The notes under the pieces are model-generated. The model searched no databases, was not told the origin of the DNA, and worked only from the letters and a program-made list of their open reading frames with translations. This document shows, piece by piece, positions 1 through 11,617 of a stretch of 33,189 nucleotides of DNA. Numbering within the stretch: position 1 is the first letter of the stretch; every line of letters begins with the position of its first letter. Made by a program: the position numbers and the translations under genes. The stretch lies in contig MU053379.1 of the NCBI GenBank assembly GCA_013239625.1, positions 4,671,229-4,704,417 of the forward strand. Direction: 5' to 3'. Source of the DNA: Lama guanicoe. Its lineage: Eukaryota.

Positions 1-2629
1 CTCTGACAACAAACTTGCCCTCCCCGTTTCAAATTCCAAGTGTTGGGAAGCTTGGGGTCAAGTCCCTGTGTCCTGCCCTCGCAGCTGGGAACCCAGCGCC
101 ATCCCCAGCTTTCCCAGCCCCTCCCCTCCTCCTGCACGTGATCTCAGGTCAAGTTCCCACGAGGGTCGCGGGCAGCCGTTGGCTCCCGGCACCTCCCTCC
201 ATTCCTGGGCCCCTGTTCTCCTCTGGGGTGAAATCAGGGGGAGCCGCCCACGATCCCCGGGCCTGGGAACTTCCGGGCCAGGCACCTCCCTCCACCTCTG
301 CGGCCCACGTCGCGGGAGCCCTTCTGCACAAGTATCTGGAGCTGCCCCCTCCAGGCGCTCTCTCACTGCGCACGGAGCCCCCGGCGGTCGTTCTGATGCT
401 TTGGTCAGGCCTGCCGCTGCTCTTTTCAGACTGGTCTCTCTAGACGCAGCCAGTGACAGGCCTGTCCTTTTTGCCTTCACTGCTTCCCCGGCGTGGACGG
501 TGCCCGCTTTCTCCTTGGGACGATTCTGTTCAGAGTCCGTTTTGGGTCTCCTGCAGCAAGTTTCCATCAACTCAGACAAATTTCCACTTCCTCAGCTGGC
601 GGTGTTTGGAGATCAGCCACAGATGCCCAACATTGGCGCTTCCTCTGAAAACATCACACAGGAAACTCAGTGCAGAGATGACCCTCCCTTTGGGGGAATA
701 ACATCTGACTCAGTCCATTTTCCATCTATTTAACTTTTCCAGGCATGTCAGCTGTTCTGGACCAAGCCGACGTCCTTCTCCAGCCTCCCCACCCGCCCTG
801 TGACTTCAGGCTAAGGAACTAGCCTCGGGATCTTCTCTGCTGTCCACACACAGGGGGTCGAGGTAAAAGGTGGCCCTCGGCAGTACTGAGACGTGTGTGT
901 CAGACACCGGAGGCGGGGGATGCACGGGTCCCTGGCCCTGGCACAGTGGAGAGCCGACGTTGTCTGTCTGGCAGTTGCCCGCTTTGGGTCAGCAGGGTAA
1001 GCCCATGACCAGACCAGCCACGGGGAGACCCTGGGAGAGCTGGAACATGGGGACCGGCTCCCAGAGCCCGGACGGCGCTTGGAGCAGGTGGGACTTTATC
1101 TCAAGAGCACCTGCACTTTCTGTCAGTACTGACGTTCTTTAGAAAAAAATAAAATAGTGCTTCTCAGCTTTTTGCATCCCCGTGAACGCAGGGAGAAGCT
1201 GTGGGACCTCAGAGTGATGTGGTTGGGGCGGGGCGGGGGGGCCGGCTGAGGGGAGGCCCTCCTCCGTGGGGTGTCCTCCACAGGGCATCCGGCGAGGAGC
1301 AGTGCGGAAGGAAAGGACGGTGCCCAGGGACACCCAGGAGTCACTCAGAGAGGGGTTTGTGGCATTTATCTTTAGGTTTTCCAATGAAACAGTCTCGGCT
1401 AACCCTGGGAGAGCTTCGTTCACCAGCATGTGTCCAAGAGCGCAAGGCCTGGGCTTGGCAGGCAGACCCTGGGGCGGCAGGCCCTGCCCTCAGGCTCCCG
1501 CCACCCCGGCCTCTGCGCCCCTCCCTCTCCCCCGGACATCCTTCCTTAGAGCTTGCACGTTGCCCCGTCTCAGGAGATTGCAAGATCGCTTCGGGAAAAA
1601 AGCTGAAATCGCAGCAGCGTTTACTTATCCAGGCGCTAAAACATCCCAACCAACCAAACAGAAACCTCTCAGCAACCAGCAGACGCCTTAACGAGAGCTC
1701 AGGGCGCCAAATTTAGCCCCGGGAGAGTGCGCTCGGCCCGGAGCCGCCCCGCCCGTCGTGTGCTTAGACGTGCACCTGGGAAGACGGGCTGTGGTTCCGC
1801 ACCTGGTCTGCCCTGCCAGTCAGTCTTCATCTGACTCCACTCAGCCACCCTCTGGGCGCTGCTCACACCTCCCCAAATTCCTGCGCCCGCATTTCTGTGA
1901 GGCCTTATGTCCCTCGCCTCTCCAAGGCAAGTGAAGGGTCTAGCCCGCCAGGGAGTCCCTCTTCCTCTCTCTTACACACAGATGTAAAGAGAGAACAGAG
2001 CTATTGACAGGTGGAAACTGGCTGCACACACGCCAGGTGGAAACTTAAATGGGGAGATGTATTTAGAACAAGGTGCAGTGGCCACGTTTCCAGGTCGCCA
2101 GTGACGGCCTTCTCTTCCGTTCCGCCAGCTGCTCCCTGCTGGGCTCTGCCAAGGTTCTGGGGGGAGGGTACTGCCGGGCGGAGGAGGTGGGAGGGGGGCC
2201 CTGCGAAGACGGCCTTCTCAGGAGGCTGTGACTCTCCCAGGCGGTGGGCCCAGGACTGACGAGGGCGGGAAGCTGTCTCCTCCAGGCGGCCGGCGGTCTC
2301 CTCCCTGGTTCTGCGGCCACGTGAGGGGGGTGGTGTGTTTCTCATCTGAGTAAGGTCAGTTCTATCAATTTCACGGCCAGAGAAGTGTAACTTACAGATC
2401 ATAAAAAGCGGAGAAACTCAGTTTTTCACTTGTGTGGATAACGGCTGGAGCCAGTGCTCTCTCTTGCTGTGTATCTGTTCTCTTTTCTTGAATGATACAT
2501 CTCTGGAGCTGCGGTTAGGCGCGTGACGTGACCACCTGCTTGGACACGGGCTCCCAGTCCCCTGGCAGCTGGGCATGGTCGCGTGAGTCATGAGGTCTTT
2601 GGTTCTTTCTCTGATCTTGTTTTTCCCTT

Positions 2630-3486
2630 AAACTTTTATTTGCTACAATTTAAAACTTACAGAGAAGCTGTAAACCTGAGACAGGAGGGAAGGGGGCAGG
2701 GTACAGCCATTCAAGGAATGACGCAGCCATTAACACCAAAGTGGTGGAAAGGTCAACTCCCAGTCGGCCTTGAGGATCAAGATGGCAGGAGACTGACTTC
2801 CAGGACGCCTCGAGCTTCATTTTACGCTCATTGTAACATACTAGCATGGTAAATAGCATGCCCACAGGCGCCATGACGGTGGCAAAGCTAATCATAAAAG
2901 GTCAAAGAGTGGGCGGTGGCCCAGTTCCTGGGACTCCCAGCCCCTTCCCCAGGGCAGTGGGAACGGTCCTCCCACTCGTTAGCATGTGAAGCTGTGGAGC
3001 CCATAGGAACTGGCAACACCACACCTCGTGGCCGCCTCTCTCCCTCCCTCCTCTTTGGAGACGGTCCACACTCTGTCTATGGCGTGTGCACCTACTTTTA
3101 CTCTAACCTGAACACCCAACCCTGCACCTCGTGGCCTTTCTCTCGCCTTCTGGAACAGCCTGCCCTCCATACACTATGTTATCTCTCTAAATAAATCTAC
3201 CTTCACTCAACTGTGGCTCGCTCCTGAATTCTTTCCTGCGTGAAGCCAAGGACCCGCACTTGCTGGGGCACGTCTCAGGGGCTCCACCGAGGCTTGGGAC
3301 ACGGCCCTCCTCTTGCCCCACATCCGTTTTGCCTGTATCAAACCTAGCACAGGAAGTCCCGTGTACCCAGACTCACAATCATTACCATTTGGACGCATTT
3401 CCAATACCGTTTCCCCTTTCTGCATTCGTTGTATTAGTATGTCTACACCCCTAACTACTTCAGCTGTATTTTCTAAAGACAAGAAC
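2630..3486 (-). mobile_element. Old L1M (L1MC/MD-like) 3' fragment split by the solo LTR
   Basis: aaacttacagagaagctgtaaacc | tagcacaggaagtcccgtgtaccc ... ccctaactacttcagctgtattttctaaagacaagaac resembles recalled L1MC/MD 3'-end consensus once the LTR is removed. Confidence 0.65.
2677..3340 (+). mobile_element. Solo ERV1-class LTR (664 bp) with 4-bp target site duplication
   Basis: TG...CA termini, AACC on both sides (2673-2676 and 3341-3344), TATA-like cataaaag near 2893 and AATAAA at 3190-3195. Confidence 0.85.
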
Positions 3487-3487
3487 T

Positions 3488-4300
3488 TAGGTTTTGGTAT
3501 CTGTTTTTGTTTTCATTTGTCTTAAAAGAGATTTTCTAATTTCTGTTTTGATTTCTTCTTTGACCCAAGGGTTGTTGAAGAATGCGTTGTTTAATTTCCA
3601 CGCATTTGTGCGTCTCCATGATTTTCTAAGAAATTGATTTCTCGTTTTATTCCTTTGTGGTCAGAAATAGTACCTGGAATGATTTTAATTATCTTACACT
3701 TGTTAAAACTTACTTTGTGCCCTGGCGTGTGATCTGTCCTCAGAAAGCTCCCTGTGTGCTCAGAAGGCGAGCCCCGCCGCGGCTGGGCGGGATGTTCTGT
3801 GCACGCTCGTGAGGTCCATTCGGTCTGCAGCGTTCACACCTGCTGTCTCCTTACGAGCGCTCTTCCTGGATGCCTTGGAGGCAGGGTACTGAAGTCTCCG
3901 CCTGTCACCGCGCTGCTGTCCGTTTCTCCGTCCGCTGCGCGTGTTGAGTTGCTTTGATGTTGGGTGTCTGTATGGTTATAATTGTTGTTCCTTCCTGTTG
4001 CGATGTCACTTTCATCACTATGTAATGACGTTTTGTTTCCTGTGACAGTTTTGACTTGAAGTCTATTCTGTCTGAGGTAAAGACAGCTTCCCCTGCTGCT
4101 TTTGGTTCCTATTGGCACAGAGCACGTTTTTCCAGCCCCTCACTTTCAGCCTGTGTGTGTCCTTGAGTCTAAGGGGAGTCTCCTGTAGACAGCGTGCGGT
4201 TGGGTCTTGCTTTTTTATCCATTCAGTCATTCTAGTGTTTTGATGGGTGAGTTTGATCGCTTTTGTAAAGTGATCACTGGCGGATAAGGACTGACTGGTG
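3488..4300 (-). mobile_element. Degenerate L1 ORF2 (endonuclease-region) fragment
   Basis: T-rich antisense L1 motifs such as ttgatttcttctttgaccca, ttgtttaatttccac, tctcctgtagacagc and gggtcttgctttttttatccattcag. Confidence 0.8.
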
Positions 4301-4419
4301 CCACTTCACTCGCTGTGCTCTGTCCGTCTGGCGGTCCTGCCCTCACTCCACGGGAAGACGCGTGGACATCTGGAAACCCCCTGGACTGGCCAGCTCAGGG
4401 CTCAGACTGTGCTTATCGT

Positions 4420-5398
4420 CTGCTCCAACCGTCAACTCTTGTTTTCTTTTGTTTCCATAGAAATGCCTCTTATTAAACACCTGATGCAAAAACTTACACC
4501 TTTCAGGCCTAACTTTGGGCGTTGCATCACTGCCTCCCAAGATGAGACACAACCCTTCACTGAACTGTGTTCTCAAACTTGCGTCACTGGTTCAGTGAGA
4601 TGTGGAGCAACCTGTCAACTCAGGACGGGTCAGACCTGCTGCACCGGGTGGCCCAGGGCGTTACAACGTCTCACAGCGTCATCCAAACTTCTGACCAGAT
4701 TCCCGCGGCCGCCGAGATCAGCGAGCTGTTTTAGGGCTGGACGCTTCAGGTTTGGGGCAGTGGCTGTGAACTGGATTTCAGATCTTTGCCTGTATAATTA
4801 TTACAGGATCTGCCACTCTAGCCCCACTTAGATGCATAATTTCTTCATTACAATGTACTAGCACCCAGGCCGCTGAAGTCCTTCCCCTGAACTCCGGGGA
4901 GTTGTACCACAACCCTTGATAGCTGGCTTTTCTTTTCATGATGCAAGAGCCTGGCCTAAGCTTTGCTTGGAGAGGCGTCTGTTTCAAAGGTGGCTTTCTT
5001 GGATAAACGCATTGCCGGCCACGTGGCGAGACCCGGAGCCGGTCCTCCCCGCCCCCGCCAGCGCCCAGCTCCTTCGTCTTAGGGGTCTTCAGCTGATTTA
5101 GATGACTGGCCACTTGGCCACCCCACCCTCACCCCATTTTTCTTCCTGAGCTTTAATTCGCACTCTTGTGTTTTAAATTCATCAGTAAAGGGTGACCCTG
5201 TGAAACCCTAGGCCCCCAGCCTCCATCTCAGTAAAAGCAGAACCCCAGCCTAGCGTTCTCTCTCTACTCACCAAGCTGTGCCCTGCACCATCCAGGATCT
5301 GTGACCAATAAACCTTGTCTCTTTCAGTGTGTCCTGATGGTTACGGCTCAGGACGTCTCACAGTCACAGTAAGAACCACAAGGGCCAGCCCAGCCACA
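4420..5398 (+). mobile_element. ERVL-class LTR, MER54/MER73/MER74-like
   Basis: Ends in gtaagaaccacaagggccagcccagccaca, resembling the recalled terminus of this group, with AATAAA near 5307. The 5' boundary is approximate. Confidence 0.6.
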
Positions 5399-5724
5399 GC
5401 TCTCGTTCCAAAAGGGGAACCTGCGGCCCAGGTGGGTGCCCCCAGCACGGCCAGTCGGCGGTGCGGCTCAGAGCAGCGGTCTTGCTGATGTCGCCTGCTC
5501 CTTGTTCTGATTCTGAATGTAATTCATTGTCTTCTCCGCTTTATCGCTGCGAAGCTGGAGGCCAGGAAGGCACCGCGAGGGCCTGTGCTCAGGACCTTCT
5601 GTGCCTACAGTCAAGTTTCTTGGGGAAACCAAGTAGAAAGAGGAGAATTTTGGAAAACGTCCTTCAGGTTAGCTTTCAAAACAGAAACAGAGGAGGGAAA
5701 AAACCACAAAAGAAGAAAGTCAAC

Positions 5725-6205
5725 TATGAAAGTTTGAGCCTATGTGTCCCCTTGACCAGGCCGTGGGGTCCAGCTGCTGGCCAGACACTGGTCTGGACGT
5801 TGCTGCAAAGGTGCTGTGCAGACGTGAGTCACACCTGCACCCAGTCGACCTTAAGTAAGGAGCTGACCCTCAAGAATGCGGGGTGGGCCACATCCGGCCG
5901 GGCCGGGCCTGCAGAGGAAAGTAGGTCCCCGGGAGGAAGAGGGTTCTGCCTCAACGTGGTGACATAAGTCCCGCTGGGGTTCGCCCTGCTGGCCCTCCTG
6001 GCGGACTCCAGACTTGCCAGGCTCGACAGTCACACAAGACAACTCCTTAACATAATGTATGCACATATTAGTTCACATGTATCATTTCATATATGTGTTA
6101 CTTCACATATATGTTCCACCCATACATTATTTGACACCTACGTTATTTTGTGTATATATATGTACATTATCGACTCTACTTCTGTGGCGAACCCTGACCG
6201 ATACA
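5725..6205 (+). mobile_element. MLT2 (ERVL) solo LTR with internal degenerate TA/CA-rich tract
   Basis: Colinear MLT2-like blocks: tatgtgtccccttgacc, ctggacgttgctgcaaaggtg, ttaagtaaggag, ttctgcctcaa, agacttgccag, and terminal aaccctgaccgataca. Confidence 0.75.
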
Positions 6206-7254
6206 CTCCTTCAGCTGAAGGATGAGGGACATGTCCTTAGGACTTCAGGTCTCTGAGGACCTGGGCCGATGAGACCGGCGTGAAGTACAAAGCAAAGCGA
6301 AGTGATACCAGGGAGATGGGGGGTGCCGGGGGGGAGGCCGGAGGGACCGGTGCTGTCCAGCTGCCCTTGGAGGGGGCGCTGGGAAGGTGAGAGGCATGAG
6401 GGTGGAAGCCATTACTGAATTGGAAACAGTGACTGGGCATCTCAGATGAAGAGAAGAGAGGTCTCAGGAGAGGCTGGAAGGCACCTTTGGTGGAGGTGTA
6501 AGACCCGTGAAACTGCTGTAGGGGGTACTGGGCAAAGGTTACCCCTAGTTGGAACAGGTGGGGGCTTGCCCCTAAGCCTGTCAGTCACCCGAGGAGCGGG
6601 ACTTCAGCAGCTTGGGTGGGGCCTGGGGTCCACACTGACTCAAAGCTCTCAGGTGGTCCTCTGGGGTGAGCACCAGCTTGCAACTGGGTCAGCTTGCCAG
6701 TCAATGCCACCAGCCCCAACTCACCAAAGCTCTACTTCCAGGGGTTCCCGGGGGATGCAGACCCTATAGGTGGGGATACCAATTGGCTTCAGCGCCAAGG
6801 AATGTCCCTGATGAATCCAAGGACACTAAGGGAGGGCAGCAGAGGTGGGACTTGCAAGAGGGAGCTTCTGATGGGAAATGTCTCCTTAGATGCAAGTCAT
6901 GCGTCTCAGGAAGAGAGGAGGGACAAGACTTGTTCCAGCAGCAGACGATCTGGGTGGCCAGGCGCCACTGACGTACATCCTGCGTATGGACTTTGAAGGA
7001 GCAGGGAGTGAGGGGCTGGGAGGCCAGGCACAAGACATTGCGAGGGGGGGCACTCAGTTTGGCAGGTGACACAAGTCAGTTAGGAAAGGCCAGGGACCAA
7101 CCTACAGACAGGTGGAACCATCACAAACTTACCTGACCCTCGCTGCGCGGCCAGGGGAGGAGCAATTCTGATTCAGCTGGTGGCTGAGCATTCCTGCAGC
7201 GACAGCAGTGGCTCTCAGACCTCACTCCGCTCCACAAGCCCCCCCACCCCCATC

Positions 7255-7580
7255 GCTGTGCAGCAAGTTAGTGACTTCAAGCAGTGAGCATCAATTATCT
7301 CACAGTTTCTGTGTGTCAGGAATCCAGGTTCAGCTGAACTGGGTGCCTCCAGCCCAGTGCACCGCCAGGCTGCAGTCAGGCTGTTGGCAGAGATGCACTC
7401 TCAGACGGAGGCTTGGCTGGGCCCGCTGGCTGGGGGTTGCTTCCAGGCCCACCCCCTCCACTCCGCCCACCCCCCGGGTGGCTGCTGGCACGTCTTGGCT
7501 CCAGCAGGGGAAGGGATTACACAGGGGTGTGACTCCCAGCAGACGGAGCTCAGGGGCACCAGCCGGGGCCGCCCGCCGCG
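7255..7580 (-). mobile_element. MLT1 (MaLR) LTR fragment
   Basis: attatctcacagtttctgtgtgtcaggaatccagg and gggattacacaggggtgtgactcccagcag are typical MLT1 antisense motifs. Confidence 0.7.
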
Positions 7581-7582
7581 GT

Positions 7583-7725
7583 TTAATGCAGATTATTGGA
7601 ACCACCCCAGACCTCATTCAGCAGGGCTGCTCGGGGCCCAAGAATTGTCATTCCCAACAAAGTTCTCGGCTGGCATTTCCGCTGCTGCTGCTGGTCCCAG
7701 GACTACACTTTGGAAATTGCTGATT
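7583..7725. mobile_element. MER5A-like hAT-Charlie DNA transposon fragment
   Basis: atgcagatt...caccccagacct...ggggcccaagaatt...tgctgctggtcccaggactacactttg pattern. Confidence 0.7.
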
Positions 7726-8169
7726 TAAAACCCCGGTGTGCAGTCACCAAGGGAAACAGGCCCCAGCCGTGGCAGGAACTTGGCCTTCACCCACAGGCCC
7801 AGCCCCGAGCCTCCGTGGCTGAGATTCTGGCTGAGCCCGAGCTGAGTAAGAACTCAGGGAGGATCCTTTGTGAGCTTAAGACTTAGGCTGTCTAGCTCAC
7901 ACAAGGACAAGAGGCTATTTGGGGTGTCAGTTCCCAGGACTCCATCTTGTAAGAGGAGTTAATCTTGAACTTAATTTTCCCTGGGAATGAGAAAACAGGG
8001 GTCAGGGTGGGTGGAGATGTCTGTGTTGGCTTGTCATTAGAGGACAATTGTGTGATTGTCCTTGCTTCATTCTGTTGACACTTGGACATGTGGCCGGAAA
8101 TTATTAGGGATGGGAAAGAGAACACTCAGCAAACATTTGGTTTGGGTAAATTGTAGCTTTGGGATGAAG

Positions 8170-8335
8170 GTTTTAAAACGCAGCTTCATTCAAATATAAT
8201 TCGCACGCCACACAATCCAACCATTCAATGGGTGCAGTTCAGTGGTTCTAGTATAGTCACAGAATTGTGCAAATATGTCCGTAACCTAATTTTAGAATGT
8301 TTTCAGTAACCCCTAAACCCCCACCCACAGCAGCC
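8170..8335 (-). mobile_element. L1MB-like 3' end
   Basis: atataattc...cagttcagtggttctagtatagtcacagaattgtgcaa...ctaattttagaatgttttc. Confidence 0.7.
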
Positions 8336-8374
8336 ACTTCCTACCCCTCTGCCCCCCGCCCCCCCAGCCCCTAG

Positions 8375-8877
8375 TCTCATAAAGGGTCACAGCTCTTTCA
8401 GAGGGGACGTTCCTTCCTGGGCTGGAAGGGGCCACGGTGACTCGTGACCCCACTATTCCTCACTTTAAATACACAGGTCTGGGCTGTATAAACTGTCAGT
8501 AATTCATCAACGTCCAGCCCTCCGTCTCAAGCACTCACATAACTGCGCTTTTTTTTTTTTTAATTGAAGCACAATGTGTCAGCTTCTGGTGTCCAGCACC
8601 ATGTCCCGGTCATGTGTCTACATACATACATTCATTTTCATAGTGTTTTTCATTAAAGGCTCCTACAAGATATGGAATACCATAAGGTATCACTCACAGG
8701 TGGACTCTAAAAAAAGAAAAAGGAAAGGAAAAAGCGGACACAAATGCGCTTTGACCTCTCACGGGCGGAGCAGTTCTCGGAACTTTCTGAGAGGCTGTTC
8801 CCGGGTTGTAATCTTCAGTTTGGCTCGAATAAAATTTTCCATTCCTTTCTTAGAGTGACTGACTTTTTTTGGCCACA
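8375..8877 (+). mobile_element. ERV1-class LTR fragment interrupted by a short L1
   Basis: tataaactg near 8487, gagcagttctcggaactttctgagaggctgttcccggg, and AATAAA at 8828-8833. Confidence 0.6.
8549..8744 (-). mobile_element. Short 5'-inverted lineage-specific L1 insertion
   Basis: PolyT 8549-8561 with antisense L1 3' end to about 8679, then sense-oriented L1 segment (ataccataaggtatcactcacaggtggactctaaaaaa). TGCGCTTT at 8544-8551 and 8745-8752. Confidence 0.75.
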
Positions 8878-8904
8878 CAGCTGAATAGACACAATAAAAG
8901 TGTA

Positions 8905-9110
8905 AACACACGGCAAGACGTATCTTATTCAAAACTGAAAACTTATATATTAGACATTGTCCATTTTTTTCCCAAATCAGGATATAAGTTCAATGTTGTT
9001 CTAGTTCAAAACACAGTAATTCTACTTTTTGAACGTGAAAACAAATTTTTTCATCTGGAAGAATAAATACAAGAAATTTAGAAATAAACTTTTATTAAAG
9101 GATAAAGAAA
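8905..9110 (+). mobile_element. Old L1M ORF2 fragment
   Basis: AT-rich with cccaaatcaggatataagttcaatg and ttcatctggaagaataaa resembling late ORF2. Confidence 0.55.
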
Positions 9111-9155
9111 ATGGTTCTCAACTAACGTATATTAAAACATTAAATTTGAAATAGA

Positions 9156-9242
9156 GGGGAGGGCACAGCTCAGTGGCAGAGCACGTGCTAAGCGTGCAGG
9201 AGGTCCTGGTACCTCCATTAAAAAAAAAGAAAAAAAAGAAAA
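9156..9242 (+). mobile_element. tRNA-Ala-derived camelid-type SINE (Vic-1-like), internally deleted
   Basis: ggggagggcacagctcagtggcagagcacgtgctaagcgtgcaggaggtcctgg-tacctcca plus A-rich tail. A box present, B box absent. Degenerate TSD aaatagag/aaatggag. Confidence 0.85.
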
Positions 9243-10917
9243 ATGGAGCAGCTGGCACAGAAGCATAAAACCCTCTAGGTTTCGCGCTGAGATGCAGAAA
9301 GTGACCCCTGACGCTGTTTGAAGCAGTCCTCGGAACCCTCGGAGAAGCGAGGCTAATCACCTCATTTGGAAAAACGGAGGCAGACTCTTACAAGACCCCC
9401 CAGAACAGTAACATTCTGACTGGAGCCCTACGGTGCATTTATGTGACGGACTCCAGTGGCTTCGTGTGCTGTGTGCTGACCTCGGTGTCCACAGACAGGA
9501 ACACACGGATCCCCGAGACCCCACGAGGAAGGGGCTCTGCTGTCCCCTCCCTGATGACACGCAGGGAGCTGGGGGCCACACAGCCAGGGGGATCCTCACC
9601 CAGCAGCCCTGGGCTTCACCCCTTCAGTGTGTGTGCCCCCCGACACACACGTGTCCACGGTGGCCCCCTGACCTGGCGGCAGGTGGTGCTGGCTTTCGCC
9701 CGGAGCTCTGCTGGGGCCGTCTCCGGGGCACCCCCGCGAGCCTCTCCAGCCAGGCTTCTCCCACAGCACGTGTCCCAGGGAGCTCTGCAGTTTTCGGTTG
9801 AAGGGGCCGCAAGCCCGCCCAGGGTCGAGAGGCGGCTTACGACCCCACCTCTCCATGCAAGGAGTGTCACCGCTTTAAGCCACTGCAAAACACAGCTGGA
9901 ACAGTGAAGAGCACCTAGAACTTACTGACCGCCCATCCGGAGCCAGGCACTGGGCTAAGTCTGTTCATAGGAGCAGTCTCTCTTCAATTACACGCGAAGG
10001 GGGAACCGCAGCCCCCAGACGGTGCCACTCGCACTTGGGCCCACGGCCTCGCCTGGCCGCAGAAGTGCCGGCTTCGCCCGCAGCACGGAACCTCCCGGGC
10101 AGCACCGCGAGGCGTCTGTCAGGTGGGCCCCCACCCCCAGGGGAAGAAGAGGCAACCGCCTGGCGAAACCCACGCCTTCCCTGCCCCCTCTCCCCCAGAG
10201 AAGGCGTCTGGGCCCCACGCAACCCTCCCTTGCCGTCCGCTGACTTCCCCGCCCTCCCCTCCGACAGGAGCCTTCCACCTTCCAGGGCTCCTGACCCCCT
10301 TCTAGCCGCCGCGTGGAAAGCCGCTGGAGCCCCGAACCGTCTTTAGCTGCACTTGGCCGAATTCTGTTTTTAACAACACAAGCTTAAAATAAACAGACAT
10401 GAAAGTCCAGCCGCGCACATGAAAGTTGCAAGGGCTGTGGCTCTTCCCTAGACACGCTGTCTGGGTGGCGTCCGGCTGGCAAGCCCTCCAGGCCACCCGC
10501 CCCCTCTCCAGCCCTGGGGTGGCGCCAATTAGAACGCTGCAGTGTGGGCTGTGGAGCAGGAGGCTGGGCGGTGGGCCGAGCAGAGCACCCCGACCTCCGC
10601 ACGGAACAGGGCTCTGGAACTGTCCGCAGAGGACTCTACGGGAAATCAGCCTGGAGGCTGTCATTACTCCCCCGTGAAGGAAAGTCTCTGCGGAGGCCTT
10701 TGCCCCAGGCCACCACCTGTGTCCTGTCTGCTCAGCCAACATGTCTGCAAGTCCCAGGGCCCCCTGCAGGGCCCAGCCCCAGGCCCAAACCTGGCCACTG
10801 CACCCTCCTCAAGTCCCTAAGCCCTCTGTGAAGTCGCGTCTGGGGTGAGAAGGTTCTGCTGGGACCTCAGGAAGGTGAGAGACAGGGACGGCAAACTCCT
10901 TGGGGGCAGCAGTCCCC

Positions 10918-10956
10918 ACCCTCCTCCCGGACCCTCCTCCCGGACCCTCCTCCCGG
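10918..10956. repeat. 13-bp tandem repeat, three perfect copies (accctcctcccgg)
   Basis: Read directly. Confidence 0.9.
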
Positions 10957-11615
10957 CGTCCTGGTTCTGGCTCTGCTGATGCCGTGGGGTGCCGACCTCA
11001 GAGCCGGGTTCACCGCAGGAGGCTGGTCAGCGCTGCCCTGAGTGTGGCAGGTATCTGGGAACACTGCCTGGGTGGTCAGCGGTGAGGAGGGGTCTCCCTC
11101 GGGAGCGAACGGTCCACATGAGGACTCTGCAGGGAACGGAGCTAGGACTGGCTTGCTCCCGGCTCGGGGCACCAATACCCACTCTTCTGCGAATGATGGC
11201 GACACTGAGAGGTGACATTCTGTGCTAATTAAACAGTCCTTAGGAAAAGCAGCAGCCCATCCCGCACGTGGAGCTCTGCACTGAGACTTGTTTTAACCGG
11301 GAGCCCAGCAAGGGGCAGGAGGGGTGTCACTTCAACTTCACCCCCAGTTCCGACCTTGATTGACCTTGATTCCGATCGCCCCACCCCCATCAGTTATACA
11401 TACTTTAATTTTAGTTTTTGTCTCTTTGTAGGGGCCCAAACTTGTCTGCAGAAACAAAGAGATGGAAATCATGACTCCCTTTGTTTCTAGGGAACATTTG
11501 TGACCATGACAGTGCCTCCCAGGAGTCTGATCAGCTCACGCACGTGGCTGGAATCCACCTGCCGGGGCAGCCCTGGGCCTGGCTCGGGCTCCGTCTCATG
11601 TTCCGCCTCCTGGCG

Positions 11616-11617
<2 letters not shown>

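Noticed and set aside
15..733. Overlapping 142-221 aa ORFs at the window start
   Set aside because: Pro/Gly/Arg-rich with no recognisable domain or exon structure; expected in GC-rich DNA.
1340..1429. Minus-strand ETVSLENLKINATNPS faintly resembling the CST8 N-terminus
   Set aside because: No signal peptide, no following helix motif and no splice donor; probably chance. A profile search would settle it.
9156..9225. Possible tRNA-Ala gene
   Set aside because: Lacks T-arm/B box and has an A-rich tail; it is a SINE.
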